Positions 1 to 8,103 of a stretch of 10,450 nucleotides of DNA are shown piece after piece; the stretch's first letter is position 1, and every line of letters begins with the position of its first letter. A program made the position numbers and the translations under genes. Source of the DNA: Oligoflexus sp. (GTDB taxonomy: Bacteria; Bdellovibrionota_B; Oligoflexia; Oligoflexales; Oligoflexaceae); assembly GCA_041736305.1 (NCBI GenBank), contig JBGSTX010000205.1:1-10450 (forward strand). The letters run 5' to 3'. The notes under the pieces are model-generated. The model did no database searches. It was not told the origin of the DNA and saw nothing but the letters and a program-made list of their open reading frames with translations.

Positions 1-1005
1 TCGGGTTGTGGCAAGTCCACTCTCTTGCGGACGATCGCGGGGCTCGAAGAGGCGACTGAGGGCGAGATATTCATCGCTGGACGCAACGTCACTAATCTCC
101 AACCGCGCGAGCGAGATATCGCGATGGTTTTCCAAGACTACGCGCTCTATCCGCACATGACCGTTCGCGATAACCTAGCTTTCGGACTGCGCATGCGAGG
201 CGCTAACGCCAGCACGATTGACGAAGAAATCAATCGGGCTGCTAAAATCCTCAAGATCGACAGCTATCTGGATCGCAAGCCCGCCCAGCTCTCCGGCGGA
301 CAGCGGCAGCGCGTAGCGATCGGTCGCGCCATCGTTCGACGAGCCAGTCTTTTTCTGTTCGATGAGCCGCTATCCAACCTCGACGCCAAGCTGAGGGCGC
401 AGACTCGGATCGAACTTGCTGACTTGCATCAGAAGATCGGTGCAACTTCTGTTTACGTAACTCACGATCAGGTCGAAGCGATGACGCTCGCCGATCGCAT
501 CGTCGTCCTGCAAGGGGGCGTCATCCAGCAGATGGGCGCTCCGCTCGAACTCTATAATAAACCCGCTAATAAATTTGTGGCCTCGTTCATCGGCAGTCCG
601 ACTATCAACTTCTTCAACGGCACTCTGAGCCGCGATGCAGGCCGCACTCTTTTTCGCGTGGGTGATTTCACCTTTGATTTCTCCCAGGCGCCGGCACCCG
701 CGAAGCCAGGTCCCTACACGCTTGGTCTGAGGCCTGAAGCGATCAAAGTACTTGGTAAAAGCGGACGCGAGGCCAGCGGTCAGGTCGATATGCAAGTCGA
801 AGTCCTTCTGAAAGAACCTCATGGGCACGAAGTGCATATGGTCGGCCAGATCGCAGGTCAGCAGGTCTTGATCCGTAGCGCCAACCCGCAGAGACTCCTC
901 ATGATCAACGAAGCTAAGCGCGGTGACAAGCTACCTTGCACGATCGATCGCGAAGCGTTGCACTGGTTTGCCCCTGACGAGATTGGTCTGAGGATTACGG
1001 TCTAA
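1..1005 (+). CDS. malK: Carbohydrate ABC transporter ATP-binding subunit (MalK/MsmX/UgpC family), 5'-truncated by the window edge
   Basis: Frame 1 is open from base 1 and reads [10 protein letters not shown] (Walker A), so the true start is upstream of the window and the ORF-track start at 25 is not real. It also has the Q-loop [13 protein letters not shown], signature LSGGQRQR, Walker B/D-loop [12 protein letters not shown]-loop [15 protein letters not shown] and a C-terminal TOBE-like region (LGLRPE). The symbol is a family-level call. Confidence 0.95.
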   Translation, partial: SGCGKSTLLRTIAGLEEATEGEIFIAGRNVTNLQPRERDIAMVFQDYALYPHMTVRDNLAFGLRMRGANASTIDEEINRAAKILKIDSYLDRKPAQLSGGQRQRVAIGRAIVRRASLFLFDEPLSNLDAKLRAQTRIELADLHQKIGATSVYVTHDQVEAMTLADRIVVLQGGVIQQMGAPLELYNKPANKFVASFIGSPTINFFNGTLSRDAGRTLFRVGDFTFDFSQAPAPAKPGPYTLGLRPEAIKVLGKSGREASGQVDMQVEVLLKEPHGHEVHMVGQIAGQQVLIRSANPQRLLMINEAKRGDKLPCTIDREALHWFAPDEIGLRITV

Positions 1006-1049
1006 AGCCCCATATTTTTTCTTTTTTTGGCAAGGAGCCGCGTCCAAAT

Positions 1050-3239
1050 ATGCTGCAATTGACTCTCGCTCGCGACCAACTGCTTACCGGCTATGGTACT
1101 CAAATGGACCCCAGCGTCGACCTCTCTTATTCGGGCCAACCCGGAGATGGATGTCGTCCTAGTATTTTCTTTGGGCCCTCGCGCGATGCGCTCAATCTCA
1201 TTACCCGCCGCCTCCATGCAACCCTCTTGCTCGTGCCTAAGCAACTCGAAGATCTTGAAACTCGGGTGTGGGTCGTTGCTCTACCTGCTGGCGATCCCGG
1301 CATTGCCAAACTTTGGCGAGAGCAGAGTCTAGGTCTCGGCCAGCAGATTCGGCCTCTCGTCCGCTATGCGAGTTTGGTTCAAAACGAAAGTGAACTGGAA
1401 CGCGACGCCGACGTATATCATCAGCAGTTTTCCCTCAAAGACCAGGATCTGCCTCCAGCGCTGAGAGATTTAGCCCTCCGCACTCTGGCGACGATCGATG
1501 GCGATAGTCTACGCGAAGAATGGCGCCTGACCGGACTGAGCTCCGACTGGAGCGCATCCTTAGTTTACTGGTTTCAAGCTGAAATCGGCGCCTCGCTCGA
1601 AATGCAAAGTACTCATTACGATGAAAAATCCGGGTCCATAGCTGCCTTCCGAGGTCCGGTTTGCTTTGGCATTCAGTCTACTGAATTGAACCAAAACCGC
1701 GCCCTTCCCGTTCGCTTTGCAGAGACCGGCACGGGGCAACATGGTCTCGCTGCACAACGTTTCGCCGATCTTCTGCGCAGCACCTGGGCCGAGGCGAATA
1801 CGATCGGCTTTCAAAAAGCCGGCGCGTCCACGCAAGAGCCTCGCTGGCTGCCGCTCGAGCCCCGTTCTATTACGAGTCACGGCGCAGCCGACGCTTTGAT
1901 CTGCTGGCAGCTGCCGGAAACTGGAGCTTTTGAGCTGCGTTTTCGCCTAGTCGAAGAGCTTCAGGACCTCCGCGACGCACTACCACCTTCGCCGTGGACC
2001 CGTATGCGCCAGGCGGATCAGGAATGGCTGAAGCGGCAGAAGCCTGCTCCCTCTCATGTGAAAGCAGCTGATCAGAGTCTCTATTACCGCACTCTGCTCG
2101 TCCTGCGCCAGATGCAGGACCCTGAAGGCGGGATTATTGCCGCCCCTGAATTTCATTACGCACTCACGCACTGCGGAGGCTACGGCTACTGCTGGGGTCG
2201 CGATGCGGGATTTATTTCCTATGCGATGGACGTCTGCGGCATGCACGAAGAGTCGGCGCGATTCTATCGTTACATGCAGCGTTGCCAGAGCCGCGATGGA
2301 AGTTTTCTCCATCGCCACGATATGGATGCGAATCTTGGTGCGAGCTGGGGGCTGCTCCAGCCCGACGAGACCGGCAGCGTACTCTTCGGTCTGTGGCAGC
2401 ACGTCAAGCTATCGGAAAACCGCGCTTTAGCTACAGAACTCCGGACGATGGTCGAGCGAGGTGCCGATTGGTTGGCCAAAGCGCGGCACAGCTCCGATCC
2501 CGAGCTACCTATAGAAGGCCACGATCTCTGGGAAGAACGTGAAGGCGTGCATCTCTATACTGTAGCTTCCATGGCTGCTGGTCTGCAGAGCGCGATTGAT
2601 CTCTATAAATATATGAACTGGGCCCCTCCCTACACATGGACCGAAGCCGCCGACCGCTTGCAGGCGCTCTGCGCTTCGCCGCGATTTATAGAGCGGAAAG
2701 GCGATTCCTATACCTTCAACAGGACTCTGCGCCGACGCGTCTCTGGATCTCAAGTCGCGCAACTCGAGCAGATGGGTCTGAACGTTCTCAGAGAGAAAAG
2801 CCCCGGAGGCCGGGTCCTCTACGAAATCGAATCCGATCAGGTTTTCGACATTTCGCAGCTGGCAATACAGTACCCCTATCATATCGTCGAAGATAAGACC
2901 TTACCGGGTGCAGTCGACGATTTGATCGAGAGTCTTTACGCAAGACTTTGGCGTCCGGGACAAGGCGGCATCGGCCGCTATGAATCCGACTACTATCGTG
3001 ATGGCAATGCCTGGGTTTTGACAACCCTGTGGCTGGCGCTTGGTGCGGCAGCTCAAGGCAAAACCGAAATAGCTAGAAGCTGCTGGCAGTGGGTCCTGAA
3101 TCATACTCCAGCCGAAGGTCTTCTACCGGAGCAAATCGATCCGGCAAGCGGGAAACCGAGCTGGGTGCTACCTCTGACCTGGTCCCATGCGATGTTTGCT
3201 CTAGCTATTCATCAGTTACCAAAAGAGGTTTTGACATGA
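1050..3239 (+). CDS. Glycoside hydrolase family 15 (glucoamylase-like), probably cytoplasmic, 729 aa
   Basis: GH15 motifs in the C-terminal ~390 aa: GGIIAAP, YGYCWGRDA, QPDETG, DLWEERE (general-acid region), GGIGRYESDYY, GNAWVLTTLW, LLPEQID (general-base Glu) and PLTWSHAMF. RBS AAGGAG at 1032-1037. No evident signal peptide. Confidence 0.92.
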   Translation: MLQLTLARDQLLTGYGTQMDPSVDLSYSGQPGDGCRPSIFFGPSRDALNLITRRLHATLLLVPKQLEDLETRVWVVALPAGDPGIAKLWREQSLGLGQQIRPLVRYASLVQNESELERDADVYHQQFSLKDQDLPPALRDLALRTLATIDGDSLREEWRLTGLSSDWSASLVYWFQAEIGASLEMQSTHYDEKSGSIAAFRGPVCFGIQSTELNQNRALPVRFAETGTGQHGLAAQRFADLLRSTWAEANTIGFQKAGASTQEPRWLPLEPRSITSHGAADALICWQLPETGAFELRFRLVEELQDLRDALPPSPWTRMRQADQEWLKRQKPAPSHVKAADQSLYYRTLLVLRQMQDPEGGIIAAPEFHYALTHCGGYGYCWGRDAGFISYAMDVCGMHEESARFYRYMQRCQSRDGSFLHRHDMDANLGASWGLLQPDETGSVLFGLWQHVKLSENRALATELRTMVERGADWLAKARHSSDPELPIEGHDLWEEREGVHLYTVASMAAGLQSAIDLYKYMNWAPPYTWTEAADRLQALCASPRFIERKGDSYTFNRTLRRRVSGSQVAQLEQMGLNVLREKSPGGRVLYEIESDQVFDISQLAIQYPYHIVEDKTLPGAVDDLIESLYARLWRPGQGGIGRYESDYYRDGNAWVLTTLWLALGAAAQGKTEIARSCWQWVLNHTPAEGLLPEQIDPASGKPSWVLPLTWSHAMFALAIHQLPKEVLT

Positions 3240-4471
3240 AAAAGACGATGCGTTTCGTCCTGGGAATGGCTCTGCTAGCAGCGACCGGTGCTCGCGCGCA
3301 GGACTCGGTGAAAATCAACTTCTGGGAACAAGATCCACCGGCCACCGCCGCTGAGATCGACAAGTGGATTACCGTATTCCAGCAGCAGAACCCTAAGATA
3401 AAGATAATTCGCCAGCACTATGAGAACGAGGAGCTGCGCACTAAATTCCTCCGCTCCTCGGTGACCGGCGACGGCGCGGACCTGGTTTATGGCCCGAACG
3501 ATATAGCCGGTGTCTTTGCCACCGCTGGTGTCATCCAGCCCGTCGACGACATCGTTAAAGATGGTGGTTTCACCCCAGCCGCGCTCGAAATGACGAAGCT
3601 CAATGGCAAAGTTTACGGTGTGCCTCTCAGCGAAGGCGCCCACCTTGTGCTCTACTACCTCAAAGACAAGGTGAAGGAGCTTCCGAAAGACACCGCGGGC
3701 TTGATCAAGCAAGCGAAGGAATTTACCAATCCCAAAGAAAACAAATACGGTCTGGCCTTCTTTCAGTCGGAACCATTCTGGTTCGTAGCTTTCCAAGGCG
3801 GCTTCGGCGGCTGGCCGCTGCAGACCAAGGGCGATCGAAGTAAGGTGACGATCGATACACCTGAAACACGGAAGGCTTTGCAGTTTCTGGTCGACCTCAA
3901 AGATAAAGAGAAGATTCTGCCGAAGGAGTGCAATTACGATTGCGCCAAGAACATGTTCCTCGGCGGACGGACTCTCTTTCATATCAGCGGTGACTGGGAG
4001 CTGAAGAGTTACAAAGACAAGTTTGGAGATAACCTTGGCATCGCTCCTCTTCCTATTATCACCGAGACGGGCAAAGCGATGACCCCGATGTTAGGTGGTC
4101 GCTTCCTCTATGTGAACGCCAAAACCAAGGGTCCTCAGCTTGAGGCCGTGAAGAAGTTCGCGCAGTTTGTGAATTCGAAACTGGTCCAGCTGCGGATTGC
4201 GACTCAACTCGACAGTATTCCGGTGTCTCAAGAAGTGCGGAACGATCCAGCTGTTACGTCCAACGCCCTGCTTATGAGCAGCATCGCGGCAGCCGCTCAA
4301 GCCAAGCCGATGCCTCCTCAGGTGGAGATGCGCGCCGCTTGGGATGGCATGCGCATCATGGTTCAGCGTGCAATGTCGGGTCAAGAGACCGTGGCCGTGG
4401 CCGTTAAAACAGGACAGAAAGCGGCTGACGAAGCTCTAAAATCTATCCAACGTCCAGCGACGGCTCGTTAA
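3236..4471 (+). CDS. malE: Periplasmic sugar-binding protein of the ABC transporter (maltose/maltodextrin-binding MalE-like), 411 aa
   Basis: ATG at 3236 overlaps the GH15 stop (ATGA) and has GAGG at 3225-3228. Sec/SPI signal peptide MKKTMRFVLGMALLAATGARA. Family motifs GDGADLVYGPND, NGKVYGVP and ISGDW, plus PMPPQVEMRAAW, which resembles the MalE C-terminal MPNIPQMSAFW. The substrate is inferred from family and from the GH15 neighbour. Confidence 0.9.
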   Translation: MKKTMRFVLGMALLAATGARAQDSVKINFWEQDPPATAAEIDKWITVFQQQNPKIKIIRQHYENEELRTKFLRSSVTGDGADLVYGPNDIAGVFATAGVIQPVDDIVKDGGFTPAALEMTKLNGKVYGVPLSEGAHLVLYYLKDKVKELPKDTAGLIKQAKEFTNPKENKYGLAFFQSEPFWFVAFQGGFGGWPLQTKGDRSKVTIDTPETRKALQFLVDLKDKEKILPKECNYDCAKNMFLGGRTLFHISGDWELKSYKDKFGDNLGIAPLPIITETGKAMTPMLGGRFLYVNAKTKGPQLEAVKKFAQFVNSKLVQLRIATQLDSIPVSQEVRNDPAVTSNALLMSSIAAAAQAKPMPPQVEMRAAWDGMRIMVQRAMSGQETVAVAVKTGQKAADEALKSIQRPATAR

Positions 4472-4499
4472 TTTTTAGGGCTTGGATGGGAGGGGAAGA

Positions 4500-5804
4500 A
4501 TGAACTTATCTTTGACACCAGCACTGTGGGAAATTCTCCGACTCGGCGGCGTCCTCTTGCTGCTCCTGAGCGTGAGCTATGCCTATCTGTGGCTCAACTA
4601 TAAGCTATGGGCCTATAAGCTCTATCTCCCCTGCAAGATCCTACTCGGCATCAGTTTAGGGCTCTCCGTCAAGGGTTTCAACGCCTCTTGGCTTACCGTG
4701 GCCTTTGCAACCCTGGTTCCTGTGGCGGTTGGGTTCTATTTTCGCTTCCGTCTCAAGGGGCGCTTTCATACGCCCGCTTACTTTCTAACACCGGCGGCTG
4801 TGGGTATACTCCTCCTCTTTCTCTATCCGCTGCTTTACGAGCTTTATCTCTCGTTCCACGACCTGAATCTCCGAACTTTTTCGCAGTGGATCAATGAAGG
4901 TCGGGCGCCCCTCGCCGGGTCTTTTGGTTTGGATAATTATTTTGAAGTCTTTCGCGAACGCGCCACCGGACAGGGTTTTTTGGTAGTATTTGGCCGAACC
5001 ATTCTCTGGACGGTGATAAACCTCGTTTTTCACGTGGGCATAGGATTGATCCTGGCCCTCCTTCTCAACACAGCGGGTTTGAAGGCCAAGAACATCTACC
5101 GTTCTCTCCTCACTCTCCCCTGGGTTATGCCGCAGGTCATCGCTGTTCTCGTCTGGCGCTCCGACTTCGATGAGAGCGTGGGCTTCATCAACAAATTCAT
5201 CATCGTGATGAATCGCCTCTTTTCCTTCGAGTGGGGCGGAACCGTCGTTGAACCTTTGACCTGGATCGGCTTTCAACCTCAGGCTTGGTTTCTCAATCCG
5301 GCTTCTCTCTTCGCTGCAGCCTGTATCGTCAATATCTGGCTAGGCGTACCTTTTATGATGATCAATGCTCTTGGAGCTCTCCAGTCCATACCGAAAAGCG
5401 TCTACGAAGCGGCCTCGATCGATGGGGCGCGAGCCTGGCAGCGCTTCTATCATGTTACCCTGCCCCTGCTCAAACCAGTGATGGTCCCAGCGACGATGCT
5501 CGGTGCCATCTGGACCTTCAATAACCTCAACGTCATAGTTCTCATGACAGATATGGGACGTTATGAGGGTGCCGACATCCTGGTCTCTGATCTCTATAAG
5601 CAGAGCTTCACCTACTACCGCTACGGTTTTGCGGCCGCCTACTCATTTGTGATCTTCGCGATACTCTGCGTGTTTACCTATGCGCAATCGCGATTGGGCC
5701 AAGAATCGAAGCCTAGCAAAAAAGAACAAGATGCGGCTTTCAAAGGCTTGAAAAAATCCGGCCTGCCGCCTTCCAAAGAACTCGGCTCCATGGGGGTACA
5801 GTGA
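4500..5804 (+). CDS. malF: Sugar ABC transporter permease (MalF-like), 434 aa
   Basis: Multiple hydrophobic segments, GLDNY motif, LPWVMP, and EAA loop SIPKSVYEAASIDGARAWQRFYHVTLPLLKP; also FNNLNVI and YGFAAA. RBS GGAGG at 4489-4493 favours ATG 4500 over TTG 4482. Confidence 0.92.
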   Translation: MNLSLTPALWEILRLGGVLLLLLSVSYAYLWLNYKLWAYKLYLPCKILLGISLGLSVKGFNASWLTVAFATLVPVAVGFYFRFRLKGRFHTPAYFLTPAAVGILLLFLYPLLYELYLSFHDLNLRTFSQWINEGRAPLAGSFGLDNYFEVFRERATGQGFLVVFGRTILWTVINLVFHVGIGLILALLLNTAGLKAKNIYRSLLTLPWVMPQVIAVLVWRSDFDESVGFINKFIIVMNRLFSFEWGGTVVEPLTWIGFQPQAWFLNPASLFAAACIVNIWLGVPFMMINALGALQSIPKSVYEAASIDGARAWQRFYHVTLPLLKPVMVPATMLGAIWTFNNLNVIVLMTDMGRYEGADILVSDLYKQSFTYYRYGFAAAYSFVIFAILCVFTYAQSRLGQESKPSKKEQDAAFKGLKKSGLPPSKELGSMGVQ

Positions 5805-6832
5805 TGGCTCTGTCGAATAAGGCCTCTTTGCCTCGACTCCTTTTCGTTCATCTTATCCTCTGGGCGGCCTGCCTCGTCGCCACTTTTCCTGTGCTCCGCG
5901 TCGTTGCTATATCGTTTCGAAACACGGACACCGTGAGCAGCTCGGAGCAGCTGAACTTTCCTCCTCGTGGTCAGGCTACCGTCGCTGACTACCTGAAGTT
6001 CTTCGGCAACGCTCTAGTTCCCACCGAAATAGTCGCTGCATTTACCGAGCAGGATTCACCTGAGAAAGCTGCCAGCGAGACCGCAGCTCCGATAGCTAAC
6101 GCTGACGATCCCTTTGCCAGTCTCGATGCCGCCAGCTCACAGAAGTCGACGCGAACCTGGTACTCCAACTACAGCGACCTCTTCACAAAATATCTCTTCG
6201 TGCAATGGATCTATAACTCCCTAGTTATTTCCCTCACAGCCTCTTTGATCGGCGTTTTTCTGGCAGCGTCTGCGGCCTATGCGTTTGCTAGATTTGAGTT
6301 TCCTGGTAAAAAGTTCGCTTCGGCGCTCCTTTTCATGACGCAAATGATACCCGCACCGCTCATGATTATTCCCGTTTACCTCGTCATAAAAAGCCTCGGC
6401 CTCGGCAATACCTACGCCGGTCTCATCATCGCGCTCTCGGTTACGATCCTGCCCTTTTCGATCATGATCCTGAAGGGCTACTTCGAGACTGTACCCAAGA
6501 GTCTTGAAGAAGCGGCGCGAGTCGATGGCTGTACGGCAACTTCGGCGTTTTTCAGAATCCTCTTGCCTCTGTCCACTCCGGCTCTGGCGATCGCTTTTCT
6601 CTTTGCTTTCACGAATGCCTGGAGTGAATTCCTGCTCGCCTCGACTCTCATCGATTCGATCGAACTCAGACCTTGGACGCTCGGTCTCATGGAATTTAGC
6701 GGCAGCTACGACGCGCGCTGGGGCATATTTGCAGCAGGCTCGGTTGTCATTGCCCTACCCAGTATGGCTCTATTTCTCTATTCCTCCAAATATGTCATCT
6801 CCGGTCTAACGGTTGGCAGTGTGAAAGGTTAG
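5804..6832 (+). CDS. malG: Sugar ABC transporter permease (MalG-like), 342 aa
   Basis: The start overlaps the previous stop (GTGATG: GTG 5801 or ATG 5804). Motifs WIYNSL, AAYAFARFEFPGK, EAA loop VPKSLEEAARVDG, AWSEFLLA and the typical C-terminus SGLTVGSVKG. Confidence 0.93.
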   Translation: MALSNKASLPRLLFVHLILWAACLVATFPVLRVVAISFRNTDTVSSSEQLNFPPRGQATVADYLKFFGNALVPTEIVAAFTEQDSPEKAASETAAPIANADDPFASLDAASSQKSTRTWYSNYSDLFTKYLFVQWIYNSLVISLTASLIGVFLAASAAYAFARFEFPGKKFASALLFMTQMIPAPLMIIPVYLVIKSLGLGNTYAGLIIALSVTILPFSIMILKGYFETVPKSLEEAARVDGCTATSAFFRILLPLSTPALAIAFLFAFTNAWSEFLLASTLIDSIELRPWTLGLMEFSGSYDARWGIFAAGSVVIALPSMALFLYSSKYVISGLTVGSVKG

Positions 6833-6868
6833 AGCTTGCTATGTGTTTGCGACAGGTGCAAATTTCGC

Positions 6869-6898
6869 GTGACAAAGCCGCGTAGGCCTGATTAAATT
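6869..6898 (+). promoter_or_regulatory. Possible sigma70-type promoter for the HTH gene (GTGACA-N18-TAAATT)
   Basis: GTGACA at 6869-6874 and TAAATT at 6893-6898 lie in the 92-bp gap upstream of RBS GAGGAG (6913-6918). This is a motif match only. Confidence 0.35.
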
Positions 6899-6924
6899 GA
6901 GCAAAAGTCAACGAGGAGAGTGTG

Positions 6925-7686
6925 ATGGCATCCAAAGCGCTTTTGGCGGAGCTGCAAGCTGCTATAGCGAGCTATTTGGAAAATCACAAAAACTTGAGTA
7001 TACAGTCGATTTCTAACAAGACCGGCGTCAGCTACTCAACGATTCGTCGTATCCTGCAGAACGAAGCGAACGACGTTCGAGACGAGACTATACTCTCCCT
7101 CATCCTTGTCGTGATGCCTCAGGCTCAACGTCTGCAGTTTCTGCAGACCTACTACCCTTCGCTGGGAGCTCTGCTCCGCGAGAGTCAGGCTATCGACAAT
7201 CCGGCGATGGATCACTTCAAACTTCGACTCTATCGCTTCAAAGACCCGCATAACTACATTTTGAAAATGGCTCTGACAGAGCAGGGTACGACCCGTAAAG
7301 ATATCTTTCGCCTTTTGGGCGAACGGGGACTATGCGCTCTCGATGAGATGCTCGACGATAAATTCTTGCAAGAAGACCGCGTGAATCGGATCAGCCACCC
7401 CGACCGCGGCTCTTGTATGATGAACGCCGACGACATACTGCATCAGGTAAAAAAAGACGCCGATTACTTCGATAAATCGATGGTGGGATCCCAATTTGCG
7501 CGCTTGGCCCATCTCTCGGCGTCTCTCAGCCTGTCGGCTTACAAGGAGCTGGTCGACCTCGTTAGCGAATTCATCAAAAAGAGTGATAGGCTGAAAGAAG
7601 CTCCTCAGAACCAGGGCGTCGTCCCCGTTTTTATCGATGTCATGGTCAATACTTACGATAGGGCTTCCATTACAGGAGTGAGTTGA
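6925..7686 (+). CDS. Putative DNA-binding protein with N-terminal XRE-like HTH and TIGR02147/DUF4423-like architecture, 253 aa
   Basis: RBS GAGGAG 6 nt before ATG 6925. The N-terminal LSIQSISNKTGVSYSTIRRILQNE fits an HTH pattern. The central TTRKDIFRLLGERGLCALDEMLDDKFL is winged-helix-like. The C-terminal LSASLSLSAYKELVDLVSEFIKK...VPVFIDV resembles DUF4423-type tails. The family assignment is by eye. Confidence 0.7.
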   Translation: MASKALLAELQAAIASYLENHKNLSIQSISNKTGVSYSTIRRILQNEANDVRDETILSLILVVMPQAQRLQFLQTYYPSLGALLRESQAIDNPAMDHFKLRLYRFKDPHNYILKMALTEQGTTRKDIFRLLGERGLCALDEMLDDKFLQEDRVNRISHPDRGSCMMNADDILHQVKKDADYFDKSMVGSQFARLAHLSASLSLSAYKELVDLVSEFIKKSDRLKEAPQNQGVVPVFIDVMVNTYDRASITGVS

Positions 7687-8057
7687 TGCGCGCAGCTACT
7701 TTAACTTTGGTGGCGACTCTGTGGTTCTCCACAGCTATTGCCTCTCCCCGCAATGGTGAGACAGGAATATTGATCGTCGTAAAGCGCTTTGAAACCAGAA
7801 TCGATGGTCTAAACCACCAAACCTTCGTCATCTGCACCGACCAATGGCAAGAGATCAATCATGCTCTCGACCAAGGTCAGCCTACCAGGATCTTCCTCAA
7901 CAATATTGGCTACTATGATGTTGTCGTGAACGAGAAGGGTAAGCTCACGCTCCTACCGCTCGTCGAGAGCTCGGAAATCGAATCGAGCCATGAAAGCTTT
8001 TCTCTTGTTCCTCGCGACTGCCCCTTCGCTTTGTCGAAATCCGACTCTGACTGCTGA
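7686..8057 (+). CDS. Hypothetical secreted protein, 123 aa
   Basis: ATG overlaps the upstream stop (TGATG), with RBS AGGAG at 7674-7678. The N-terminus MRAATLTLVATLWFSTAIA-S looks like an SPI signal peptide. Three Cys. No recognised domain. Confidence 0.7.
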   Translation: MRAATLTLVATLWFSTAIASPRNGETGILIVVKRFETRIDGLNHQTFVICTDQWQEINHALDQGQPTRIFLNNIGYYDVVVNEKGKLTLLPLVESSEIESSHESFSLVPRDCPFALSKSDSDC

Positions 8058-8074
8058 TCGCCTCAAAATCCCTA

Positions 8075-8103
8075 ATAAAAAGGGCCTGCAGAAAGCAGGC
8101 CCC
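8075..8103 (-). terminator. Rho-independent terminator for minus-strand transcripts
   Basis: Perfect 8-bp GC-rich stem gggcctgc (8082-8089) / gcaggccc (8095-8102) with a 5-nt loop. On the minus strand it is followed by TTTTTATT. There is no U-tract on the plus strand. Confidence 0.85.

Noticed and set aside
3089-3235. ORF-track N-terminal extension of the binding protein (460 aa)
   Set aside because: It overlaps the conserved GH15 C-terminus. The signal peptide, RBS and ATGA coupling all point to ATG 3236.
3275-3982. Long antisense ORFs (235 aa here; also 370-837, 1980-2402, 2505-2882, 4785-5276 and others)
   Set aside because: Shadow ORFs opposite well-supported genes, with no recognisable motifs or RBS.
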